DNA of 32,000 bases from Mycobacterium malmoense (lineage in GTDB: Bacteria > Actinomycetota > Actinomycetes > Mycobacteriales > Mycobacteriaceae), in contig NZ_CP080999.1 of the NCBI RefSeq assembly GCF_019645855.1, forward strand, positions 3,989,270 to 4,021,269, written 5' to 3'. Positions 7,502-15,756 of this stretch are shown in pieces. The position numbers were made by a program, and so were the translations under genes. The notes under the pieces were generated by a model that did no database searches, was not told where the DNA came from, and saw only the letters and a list, made by a program, of their open reading frames with translations. Within the stretch, counting starts at the first letter, position 1. The number at the start of each line of letters is the position of its first letter.

Positions 7502-8947
7502 GTGCCACTTCTAGTTGCAGCCCCTGAGCTGTTGGCTTCGGCGGCAACGAATTTGGAAAGCATAGGTTCGGCACTGGATGCGGCCCACGCGGCGGTTGCC
7601 GTTCCGACCACCGAGCTTGTGGCCGCCGGCGCCGATGAGGTCTCGACGGCCGTGGCTGCGCTATTCGCCGGGTACGGGCAGCAGTATCAGGCGCTTGCCG
7701 GGCAGGTCGCGGCCTTTCATGGTTGGTTCACGGGCACCCTGGCCACGAACGCGAATTCGTATGCGTCCACCGAGGCCGCCAACATCGGTCAGCTGCTGTC
7801 GGGCGTGGTCAGTGGGCCCGTCCGGGAACTGACCGGGCGCCCGCTGATCGGCAACGGCGCCAACGGATACACCAATTCTCAAGGTGTAGGGACGCCCGGC
7901 GGTGCCGGCGGATGGTTGTACGGCAACGGTGGTAACGGTGGCAATAGCACCTATGGTGGAGCGGCCGGGGGCGCTGGCGGCGCCGGCGGGTGGCTGTTGG
8001 GCAACGGCGGCACGGGCGGGGCCAGCGGGCCCGGCGGTGTCGGCGGCGCGGGAGGAGCCGCCGGCTTGCTGTCGGGCGTAGCCGGGGCAACCGGCGTGAG
8101 CACACCTTTGGCAGCCAACGAAACCGTCATCTCTGTAGATCAATACGGCAACGCGATAGTAAACATCTCCGTCGGCGGCGGACCGAGCGTGGGCGCGATA
8201 GTTGACACCGGGTCCACCGGTCTTCTGCTCCCGCGCCAAGACGTCAACATAGCCAGCCTCGGCACGCCCACCGGGTCGGGCACCGTTATTTACGGCAACA
8301 GCACCAACTATGAAACCGTCCACTACGAGACGTACCAAACAACGGTAAATCTTGGGAATGGCATCGTCACGACGTCGACCGGCGTCGACGTCGCCACCTC
8401 CGCGACCGAGACGATCAATGGTGTGACAAATCCTGTTCAGCTCTCCTCGATACCCGCCATTCTGGGTATCGGGCCCAACGACGGGTACCCGCTCTCTACC
8501 CCGGTGACCTCGGCGTTGCCGGGCACCCTCGACGAGGGTGTGCTCATCAACGAACCCCAAGGTCTGCTGGAGTTCGGCTCCAACCCGCTGACCCCCCTTG
8601 CCTCGCTTACCGGATCGCCGATGACCAACCTGGAAATACAGATCAATGGCGGTTCTCTGCAAAGCGCTACCGGCGCGTTCATCGATTCCGGCGGCTTGAC
8701 CGGAGCCATCCCGTCAAACCTGATTTCGGGTGTTTCGGCCGGCAATACGGTGCCGACCGGAACGACGCTTACGGTCTATACCAGCGGCGGTCAGGAGCTG
8801 TACTCGGAAATGGTCACCAGTGCCGACGCGCCCTATGTCGTGTCATCAAGCGACCCGTTCAATACCGGGAATTACCTCTTCTCGCTGGACCCGATCTACA
8901 TTTCGAACAGCCCCAGCGGTGTGGGAATGACCGTCATCGACGCATGA
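7502..8947 (+). CDS. PE-PGRS family protein with C-terminal pepsin-like aspartic protease domain (PecA/PE_PGRS35-like)
   Basis: ORF 7472..8947. The preferred start is GTG 7502, with GGAGG at 7492-7496, giving the N-terminus PLLVAAPELLASAATNLESIGS and the second PE helix ADEVSTAVAALFAGYGQQYQALAGQVAAFH. A short Gly-rich PGRS linker spans ~7898-8075. Two catalytic triads are present: VDTGSTGLLLP (DTG at 8204-8212) and FIDSGGLTG (DSG at 8684-8692). Confidence 0.85.
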   Translation: MPLLVAAPELLASAATNLESIGSALDAAHAAVAVPTTELVAAGADEVSTAVAALFAGYGQQYQALAGQVAAFHGWFTGTLATNANSYASTEAANIGQLLSGVVSGPVRELTGRPLIGNGANGYTNSQGVGTPGGAGGWLYGNGGNGGNSTYGGAAGGAGGAGGWLLGNGGTGGASGPGGVGGAGGAAGLLSGVAGATGVSTPLAANETVISVDQYGNAIVNISVGGGPSVGAIVDTGSTGLLLPRQDVNIASLGTPTGSGTVIYGNSTNYETVHYETYQTTVNLGNGIVTTSTGVDVATSATETINGVTNPVQLSSIPAILGIGPNDGYPLSTPVTSALPGTLDEGVLINEPQGLLEFGSNPLTPLASLTGSPMTNLEIQINGGSLQSATGAFIDSGGLTGAIPSNLISGVSAGNTVPTGTTLTVYTSGGQELYSEMVTSADAPYVVSSSDPFNTGNYLFSLDPIYISNSPSGVGMTVIDA

Positions 8948-8951
8948 CGCT

Positions 8952-9054
8952 TAGCGCCCCGTGCGTTCGCATAGCGCCCCGTGCGTTGAGTGTGAAGCGT
9001 GGGCTTTCAGTGTGACGCTAGGGCGTCGATCCGGGCCTCGAAGCGTCCCTGGGC
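8952..9054. repeat. Short degenerate tandem direct repeats (~20-bp period) in the convergent intergenic region
   Basis: TAGCGCCCCGTGCGTT occurs twice (8952-8967 and 8972-8987). It is followed by TGTGAAGCGTGGGC (8991-9004), TGTGACGCTAGGGC (9011-9024) and GAAGCGTCCCTGGGC (~9040-9054). Confidence 0.6.
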
Positions 9055-9101
9055 TCACGCGCGAATCCCTGAGCGCACACTCGACGGGTCGACCAGTCGG
9101 C

Positions 9102-10061
9102 CTACCGCCGCCGCGCCAGTGCCCGCAGGAAGAACGTCAGGTTGGCCGGCCGCTCGGCGAGCCGCCGCATGAAGTATCCATACCACTGGGTCCCGAACGG
9201 CACATACACCCGGACCTGGTTGCCGGAGCCCGCCAGCCGCCGCTGTTCGCCGTCGCGGATGCCGTACAGCATCTGGTATTCGAAATCCGCAACGCCGCGG
9301 CCCGATTCGCGAGCCATGCCGGGAACCGCAGCGATGATCGCCGGGTCATGGGAGGCCACCATCGGATAGCCCGACCCGGCCATCAGCACCCGAAGGCAGG
9401 CCAGATAGGACTCGGTGGCCTCGGCGCGGTCTCGGTAGGCCACCGACGCCGGCTCGTCGTAGGCGCCCTTGCAGAGCCGGATCCGAGCCCCGGACACGGC
9501 AAATTCCTGGCAGTCGTCGAGGGTACGCCGCAGATAGGCCTGCAAAACCGTGCCCAGCCAAGGGAAATCGGTCCGCAGGTCGCGGACGATGGACAGCGTC
9601 GACTCGGTCGTGGTGTGGTCCTCGGCATCCACCGTCACCCACAGGCCGGCACGCTGCGCCGCCTCACAGATCGACCAGGCGTTCTCCCGGGCGATCTTCT
9701 CTCCGTCGCGCTGGAGCGACTGCCCCAGCGCCGACAACTTGACCGAGACCTCCAGCGGTCGGACGCCCGCGAAATCGCCAGGGCGGCCCAGTTTTTCGAT
9801 GAGATCCAGGTAAACCCGCACGGCCGCGTCGGCGTCGTCGACGTCGGAGACGCCCTCGCCCAGATAGTCGATGCTGACGTAGCGGCCCGACTCACGCAGG
9901 GCGGCAACGACATCCATCGCGGACTCGATCGTCTCCCCCGGCACGAACCGGTGCACGACCTTGCGGGCGACCGGCAGCCGTTCGGCGGTCCGGCGCAATC
10001 CCTCCCTTCGGCCGGCGGCCATGATCGCCGGCCGAAGGGTGTTGGCGAACACCCCGGCCAT
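9102..10061 (-). CDS. pruB: Proline dehydrogenase
   Basis: Only the last 319 codons of track ORF 9102..11342 are real. The start ATG at 10061-10059 overlaps the pruA stop by 1 nt (TGATG). The sequence MAGVFANTLRPAIMAAG...VSVKLSALG...LWVTVDAEDH...IRLCKGAY...FEYQMLYG is typical ProDH. Confidence 0.9.
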   Translation of the reverse strand: MAGVFANTLRPAIMAAGRREGLRRTAERLPVARKVVHRFVPGETIESAMDVVAALRESGRYVSIDYLGEGVSDVDDADAAVRVYLDLIEKLGRPGDFAGVRPLEVSVKLSALGQSLQRDGEKIARENAWSICEAAQRAGLWVTVDAEDHTTTESTLSIVRDLRTDFPWLGTVLQAYLRRTLDDCQEFAVSGARIRLCKGAYDEPASVAYRDRAEATESYLACLRVLMAGSGYPMVASHDPAIIAAVPGMARESGRGVADFEYQMLYGIRDGEQRRLAGSGNQVRVYVPFGTQWYGYFMRRLAERPANLTFFLRALARRR

Positions 10062-11692
10062 CACTCGGCCGCCATGTGCGGGTACGCGTGGTCGGTGGCC
10101 GGGACGAACGTCTCCTTGATGGTGCGGGCCGACGTCCAGCGCAACAGGTTCAGCACCGATCCGGCCTTGTCGTTGGTGCCCGAGCCGCGCGAACCGCCGA
10201 ACGGTTGGCGCCCGACCACCGCGCCGGTCGGTTTGTCGTTGACGTAGAAATTTCCGGCCGCGAACCGCAGCCGGTCCTGCGCGGTCAGCACGGCCCGGCG
10301 GTCGTCGGCGATCACCGCGCCGGTCAGCGCGTAACGGGATCCGGTGTCGATGACGTCGAGGATTCGTTCGTACTGGTCGTCGGGGTAGACGTGCACCGAC
10401 AGCAACGGACCGAAGTACTCGGTCGCGAACGATTCGTCGGTCGGGTCGTCGGACAGCAACACGGTCGGACACACGAAATAGCCGACGCTGTCGTCGTATT
10501 CGCCTCCCACCGCGATGGTGACGCCGGGTGCGCCCTTCGCCCGCTCGATGGCGTTGACGTTCTTGGCGAAGGCGCGCCGGTCGATCAGCGCGCCGCCGTA
10601 GTTGGTCAGGTCGGTGATGTCGCCGTAGCGCAGGGCGGCGGTCGCGCCCAGGAAGTCGTCGCCCATGCGTCGCCACAGCGAGCGCGGGATAAACGCCCGC
10701 GACGCCGCCGAGCATTTCTGGCCCTGGTAGTCGAACGCGCCGCGAATCAGCGCCGTGCGCAGCACATCCGGCCGCGCCGAGGCGTGCGCGACGACGAAGT
10801 CCTTGCCTCCGGTCTCGCCGACCAGCCGCGGATAGCTGTGGTAGCGGCCGATATTGGCGCCCACCCGCTGCCAGAGCTGCTGGAAGGTGGCCGTCGACCC
10901 GGTGAAGTGAATGCCGGCCAGCCGCGGATCGGCCAGTGCCACATCGGAAACCGCGAAGCCGTCGCCGGTGACCAGGTTGATGACGCCGGGCGGCAACCCC
11001 GCGGCCTCCAGCAATTGCATGGTCAGATACGCCGACGGGGTTTGGGCGATCGACGGCTTCCACACCACGGTGTTGCCCATCAGCGCCGGCGCGGTCGGCA
11101 GGTTGCCGGCGATCGAGGTGAAGTTGAACGGCGTGATCGCGTAGACGAAGCCGTCCAGCGGGCGGTAGTCGCTGCGGTTCCACTCGCCGGGTCCGCTGAT
11201 CGGCTGCTGCGCCAGGATCTGGCGGGCGAACGCGACGTTGAACCGCCAGAAGTCGATGAGCTCGCACGGCGCGTCGATCTCGGCCTGGTAGGCGGACTTG
11301 GATTGGCCGAGCATCGTGGCGGCGGCGATCCTCTCTCGCCACGGCCCGGCCAGCAGGTCGGCGGCGCGCAGGAACACCGCGGCACGTTCGTCAAAAGGCA
11401 TTGCTGCCCAAGCATTCTTGGCGGCCGCCGCGGCCTCGACGGCCGCCGTCGCGTCGTCGTGCACGGCGTTGGTCAGCGTGCCCAGCCTCGCGGCGTGCCG
11501 GTGCGGCTGGACGACATCGATCCGCTCGCCGTCGCCCATGCGGTGCTTGCCGCCGACGACATGCGGGAGGTCGATCGGGTGGTCGGCCTGCGCGGCGAGT
11601 TCGTTGAGCAGCCGGGCGCGCTCCGGGGAGCGCGGCGCATAGTCGTGGACCGGCTCGTTGGCCGGCATCGGCACCTGGGTGATCGCGTCCAT
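10061..11692 (-). CDS. pruA: Delta-1-pyrroline-5-carboxylate dehydrogenase
   Basis: ORF 10061..11722. The preferred start is ATG 11692 (MDAITQVPMPANEPVHDYAP...). ALDH-superfamily motifs: VVWKPS, FTGSTATF, ETGGKDF, YQGQKCSAASR, EYFGP. It is coupled to the proline dehydrogenase gene downstream. Confidence 0.95.
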   Translation of the reverse strand: MDAITQVPMPANEPVHDYAPRSPERARLLNELAAQADHPIDLPHVVGGKHRMGDGERIDVVQPHRHAARLGTLTNAVHDDATAAVEAAAAAKNAWAAMPFDERAAVFLRAADLLAGPWRERIAAATMLGQSKSAYQAEIDAPCELIDFWRFNVAFARQILAQQPISGPGEWNRSDYRPLDGFVYAITPFNFTSIAGNLPTAPALMGNTVVWKPSIAQTPSAYLTMQLLEAAGLPPGVINLVTGDGFAVSDVALADPRLAGIHFTGSTATFQQLWQRVGANIGRYHSYPRLVGETGGKDFVVAHASARPDVLRTALIRGAFDYQGQKCSAASRAFIPRSLWRRMGDDFLGATAALRYGDITDLTNYGGALIDRRAFAKNVNAIERAKGAPGVTIAVGGEYDDSVGYFVCPTVLLSDDPTDESFATEYFGPLLSVHVYPDDQYERILDVIDTGSRYALTGAVIADDRRAVLTAQDRLRFAAGNFYVNDKPTGAVVGRQPFGGSRGSGTNDKAGSVLNLLRWTSARTIKETFVPATDHAYPHMAAE

Positions 11693-11748
11693 GCTGCCAG
11701 GATCCCCGGCACAGCACCCCATCCTGTTAGCCGATCGGACAAGATTTA

Positions 11749-13368
11749 GTGGGCGAAGTAGTACGATCAGACAATATGGGAGTGGCTGGCGTCGGGTTGG
11801 GTCAACTGGTGCTGGCGCTGGACGCGACGCTGGTCAGCCTGGTGGACGCGCCCCGCGGCCTGGACCTGCCGGTGGGCTCGGCGGCGTTGATCGATTCCGA
11901 CGACGTGCGGCTCGGCCTGGCGGCGGCAGCGGGCTCGGCCGACGTGTTCTTCCTGCTGGGCGTCGCCGACGACGAGGCGCTGCAGTGGATGGACAGGCAG
12001 GCGAGCGAGCGCGCGCCGGTGGCGATCTTCGCCAAGGAGCCGTCGGACGCGCTGGTGGCCAGGGCGGTCGCGGCCGGGTCGGCGGTGGTAGCCGTCGACC
12101 CACGGGCCCGGTGGGAGCGCCTCTACCAGTTGGTCAACCACGTCCTGGAGCACCACAGGGACCGCGCCGACCCGACGGACGACTCGGGCACCGACCTATT
12201 CGGTTTGGCGCAGTCGCTGGCCGACCGCATCCACGGCATGGTGAGCATCGAAAACGCCCAGTCGCAGGTGCTTGCCTATTCGGCCTCCAACGACGAGGCC
12301 GACGAGCTGCGGCGCCTTTCCATCCTGGGCCGCGCCGGTCCGCCCGAGCATCTGAAGTGGATCGGCCAATGGGGCATCTTCGACGCGCTGCGATCCGGCG
12401 ACCAGGTGGTGCGCGTCGCCGAGCGCCCGGAGTTGGGTCTGCGCCCGCGGCTCGCGATCGGGATCCATCAGCCGCCGGCCGGTGGCCACCGACCACCGGT
12501 GTTCGCCGGCGCTATCTGGGTTCAGCAGGGCTCGCAACCGCTGGCCGACGACGCCGAGGAGATGCTGCGGGGCGCGGCGGTGCTGGCCGCCCGGATCATG
12601 TCACGGCTGGCGGCCCGGCCGTCCACGCACGCGCGGCGGGTGCAACAACTTCTGAGCCTGACGGACGGCGAGCCCGCCGACGTGGCCGCCATCGCCCGCG
12701 AACTTGGCCTCGCCGCCGACGGCACGGCCGCGCTGATCGGCTGGGACTCCGCCGACACCGGGGCCCGCCCTGCGCGGCTGGCCGACGTTTTGGCGTTGAG
12801 CGCCAGCGCTTTTCGCCGCGATGCTCAGGTCGCGTCGCGGGGGTCGCGAATCTATGTGCTGCTGCCGCAGACTCGCACCCGGCCGGTCACCTCGTGGGTC
12901 CGCGGCACGATCGACGCGCTGCGCACCGAACTTGGCGTCGAGCTGCGGGCCGCCATCGCCGCGCCGGTCGCCGGCCTGGCGGGGGTCGCGGATGCGCGTA
13001 CCGAGGTGGATCGTGTGCTGGATAGTGCTGAGCGGCACCCGGTTTTAGGGCAGGTGACATCGCTGGCCGAGGCGCGCACCACCGTCCTGCTCGATGAGAT
13101 CGTCACCCTGGTCGGCGCCGACGAGCGGCTGGTCGATCCGCGGATCCGCGAGCTGCGCGCGCGGGACCCGGTGCTGGCCGAGACGCTGCGGGCCTACCTG
13201 GACAGTTTCGGTGACGTTGGCGCCGCCGCGCGGTCGCTGCAAGTGCATCCCAACACCGTCCGCTACCGGGTGCGACGGATCGAGAAGCTGTTGTCGACCT
13301 CGCTGTCCGACCCCGAAGTGCGCCTGCTGTTTTCGCTGGGATTGCGGGTGACCGAGCGCTCGGCCTAG
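11749..13368 (+). CDS. pruC: PucR-family transcriptional regulator, divergent from pruA
   Basis: 539 aa (alternative start ATG 11776, MGVAGVGLGQL...). C-terminal PucR-type HTH LRAYLDSFGDVGAAARSLQVHPNTVRYRVRRIEKLL. Position and orientation match the mycobacterial pruC-pruA-pruB arrangement. Confidence 0.85.
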   Translation: MGEVVRSDNMGVAGVGLGQLVLALDATLVSLVDAPRGLDLPVGSAALIDSDDVRLGLAAAAGSADVFFLLGVADDEALQWMDRQASERAPVAIFAKEPSDALVARAVAAGSAVVAVDPRARWERLYQLVNHVLEHHRDRADPTDDSGTDLFGLAQSLADRIHGMVSIENAQSQVLAYSASNDEADELRRLSILGRAGPPEHLKWIGQWGIFDALRSGDQVVRVAERPELGLRPRLAIGIHQPPAGGHRPPVFAGAIWVQQGSQPLADDAEEMLRGAAVLAARIMSRLAARPSTHARRVQQLLSLTDGEPADVAAIARELGLAADGTAALIGWDSADTGARPARLADVLALSASAFRRDAQVASRGSRIYVLLPQTRTRPVTSWVRGTIDALRTELGVELRAAIAAPVAGLAGVADARTEVDRVLDSAERHPVLGQVTSLAEARTTVLLDEIVTLVGADERLVDPRIRELRARDPVLAETLRAYLDSFGDVGAAARSLQVHPNTVRYRVRRIEKLLSTSLSDPEVRLLFSLGLRVTERSA

Positions 13369-14032
13369 CGGCGGAGCGGACATGAACACCTGGCCGGGTC
13401 GGGCACGCCGTGGTGGTCACATGTGTCACGTGCGTCTCGGCGTGGCAGGCACATACTTCGCTGCCCGCCTCACAGCGACACGCGTGGTCAGCTGTCGCTG
13501 CGAGGCGGGCACATCGCCTATGCCGCCCAGCGAGTTACCGATGTGACAACGGGTCGGCAAGCAGCCCGTCCCACCCGGGGCGCTGCTTGTCGTTGGGGTC
13601 GCTAGGCACTGGCGAGCACGCGATTCCTTGCAACCCAGTCGTCGATGTGGCGCATGGTCACGGGTAGCGCCTCCCCAAAAAGGCGAGGTGGTCGGAGCGG
13701 GGAATCTCCACATAGGCCGGGGATCATCGACAGTGTTGCGACTGCGGTCCGCACGGGGCCTGCGCGACCGACCGCTGCCCGACGGCGCCATCATCTGGAC
13801 CTCACCCCGCGGCCCGCCCCGCATCTGCATACCGACGAAATACCATCTGCCCCAAGAGAATATCGACCACCACCCGATGACCGCGACATCATGATGCCCG
13901 GATGATGCCGAACGCAACCACCCGCCGCCCTATGAGCGGGCCGTAAACCTTCGCGCCCCACGGAATAGTTATGCTCAGCGTGAGGCTAAATCAAAGTGTT
14001 GCAGCGGATTTGCGTCCGGTTAGGCTTCCCTG

Positions 14033-14836
14033 GTGACAGAAAGCCCGTCGTCGTATTTGGTGCTGGCTTCCCAGCGCAGCGGCAGCACGCTGCTGGTGGA
14101 ATCGCTGCGGGCGACCGGGGTGGCCGGGGAGCCCCAGGAATTCTTCCAGTATCTGCCGAGCACGAGCCAGGCCCCGCAGCCGCGGGAGTGGTTCGACGGC
14201 GTTGAAGACGAGTCGATCCTAAGCCTGCTCGACCCGCTGGACGAAGGCACGCCGGACCTCGCGCCGGCCGAAATCTGGCGCGACTACATCCGCACCGTCG
14301 GAAGAACACCGAACGGCGTGTGGGGCGGCAAGCTGATGTGGAACCAGACACCGCTGCTGTTGAACCGCGCGAAGGACCTGCCGCATCGATCCGGCGACGG
14401 TTTGCGGGCCGCGATCCGCGATGTCGTCGGCGAGGAACCGCTCCTGCTTTACGTGTACCGGCCCGATGTGGTGTCGCAGGCGGTGTCGTTCTGGCGTGCG
14501 GTGCAGACCCGGGTGTGGCGGGGCAGACCGGATCCGACCCGCGACGCGCGCGCCACCTACCACGCCGGGGCGATCGCCCACGTCGTCACCATGCTGCGCG
14601 CCCAGGAGCGCGGCTGGCGAAACTGGTTCGCCGAAGAAGACATCAAACCCATGGAGATTTCCTATCCGGTGCTGTGGCGCAACCTGACTCAGGTGGTGGG
14701 CACCATCCTCGACGAGTTGGGGCTCGACCCGCGGCTGGCGCCCCACCCGGTGCTGGAACGCCAGGCCGACCAGCGTTCCGACGAGTGGGTGGACCGCTAT
14801 CGTGCGGACGCCGAGAAAGAGGGACTACCGACGTGA
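14033..14836 (+). CDS. stf0: Stf0-type sulfotransferase (trehalose 2-sulfotransferase family)
   Basis: 267 aa with GTG start. [33 protein letters not shown] (PAPS-binding P-loop-like QRSGST) and the remainder match my recollection of M. tuberculosis Stf0 (Rv0295c) along the whole length. The stop overlaps the cysD start (GTGA, 14833-14836). Confidence 0.85.
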   Translation: MTESPSSYLVLASQRSGSTLLVESLRATGVAGEPQEFFQYLPSTSQAPQPREWFDGVEDESILSLLDPLDEGTPDLAPAEIWRDYIRTVGRTPNGVWGGKLMWNQTPLLLNRAKDLPHRSGDGLRAAIRDVVGEEPLLLYVYRPDVVSQAVSFWRAVQTRVWRGRPDPTRDARATYHAGAIAHVVTMLRAQERGWRNWFAEEDIKPMEISYPVLWRNLTQVVGTILDELGLDPRLAPHPVLERQADQRSDEWVDRYRADAEKEGLPT

Positions 14837-15756
14837 CCGCAACCGCACCGACAGAAACGCGACGAGTCGACGAGTTGCGGCTGCTGGAAGCCGAAGCCGT
14901 GCACATCATTCGCGAGGTCGTGGCCGAGCTGGAGCGGCCGGTGCTGCTGTTTTCGGCGGGCAAGGACTCGATCGTGCTGCTTCGCTTGGCGGAGAAGGCG
15001 TTTCGGCCGCTGCCGTTGCCGTTTCCGGTGCTGCACGTCGACACGGGCCACAACTTTCCCGAGGTGATCGAGTTTCGCGATCGCAGGGTCACCGGGCACG
15101 GGCACAGGCTGATCGTCGCCTCGGTGCAGGAATCCATCGACACCGGCCGCGTGCCCGACCCCGGTCCCGGAGCTTCGCGCAACCGGGCCCAGACGCGCAC
15201 GCTGCTCGACGCGCTGGAGGCCGGCGGCTTCGATGCGGCGTTCGGCGGCGCCCGCCGGGACGAGGAGCGCGCCCGCGCCAAGGAACGCATCCTGAGCTTC
15301 CGCGACGAGTTCGGCCAGTGGGATCCCCGCGCGCAGCGCCCGGAGCCCTGGTCGCTCTACAACGGCCGCATCAAGAAGGGCGAGCAGGTGCGGGTGTTCC
15401 CGCTGAGCAACTGGACCGAGCTCGACGTGTGGCGCTACATCGAGCTGGAAGACCTTGAAATACCGTCCATTTACTACGCCCACGAACGCGAGGTGTTCGA
15501 GCGCGACGGCATCCTGCTGGCGGTCTCGGAGTACGCCGGGCCGCGGACCGGCGAGACCGCCGCCGTGGAGTGGGTGCGCTACCGCACCGTCGGCGACCTG
15601 ACCATCACCGGGGCGGTGCGTTCCAGGGCCACCGAGATCACCGGTGTCATCGCCGAGATCTCCGCGGCCACGGTCTCCGAGCGCGGCGAGACCCGTGCCG
15701 ACGATCGCACCTCGGCCGCGGCGATGGAGGACCGCAAGCGAGAGGGTTATTTCTGA
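14833..15756 (+). CDS. cysD: Sulfate adenylyltransferase subunit 2
   Basis: The true start is GTG 14833, inside track ORF 14320..15756; the upstream part of that ORF is Arg/Pro-rich shadow. PAPS-reductase-fold motif [15 protein letters not shown], then [10 protein letters not shown] and [10 protein letters not shown]. Confidence 0.95.
   Translation: MTATAPTETRRVDELRLLEAEAVHIIREVVAELERPVLLFSAGKDSIVLLRLAEKAFRPLPLPFPVLHVDTGHNFPEVIEFRDRRVTGHGHRLIVASVQESIDTGRVPDPGPGASRNRAQTRTLLDALEAGGFDAAFGGARRDEERARAKERILSFRDEFGQWDPRAQRPEPWSLYNGRIKKGEQVRVFPLSNWTELDVWRYIELEDLEIPSIYYAHEREVFERDGILLAVSEYAGPRTGETAAVEWVRYRTVGDLTITGAVRSRATEITGVIAEISAATVSERGETRADDRTSAAAMEDRKREGYF

Noticed and set aside
7898-8075. GGC/GGT-rich periodic repeats considered as a possible tandem-repeat or CRISPR-like array
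   Set aside because: They are in frame within the PE gene and encode the GGAGG/GGNGG PGRS linker. There is no repeat-spacer architecture.
8961-10247. 428-aa plus-strand ORF
   Set aside because: It is antisense to the proline dehydrogenase gene and the end of pruA. It has a low-complexity Arg/Pro/Gly composition and no family signature.
10062-11342. N-terminal 427 codons of the 746-aa minus-strand track ORF 9102..11342
   Set aside because: This part is an out-of-frame overlap with pruA (Arg/Pro-rich junk). Recognisable proline dehydrogenase sequence begins only at ATG 10061, which overlaps the pruA stop.
10076-11749. 557-aa plus-strand ORF
   Set aside because: It is antisense to pruA. The product is extremely Arg/Gly/Pro/Val-rich with no recognisable motifs, whereas the opposite strand encodes a full-length P5C dehydrogenase. 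This is a typical shadow ORF of a high-G+C genome.
11658-13025. 455-aa plus-strand ORF overlapping pruC in another frame
   Set aside because: It is Gly/Arg/Pro low-complexity. The 11749..13368 frame has the PucR HTH and normal composition.
13426-13917. 163-aa minus-strand ORF in the pruC-stf0 gap
   Set aside because: Its composition (Arg/Pro/Trp-rich) and lack of any motif argue against a real gene. Hydrolase-like fragments appear only in a different, stop-interrupted frame (reported as a low-confidence finding).
14320-14832. 5' extension of the cysD ORF (track 14320..15756), and likewise 15570-15755 for cysNC
   Set aside because: The extensions overlap stf0 and cysD out of frame and translate to Arg/Pro-rich junk. 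CysD and CysN homology starts at GTG 14833 and ATG 15756, which coincide with the upstream stop codons.
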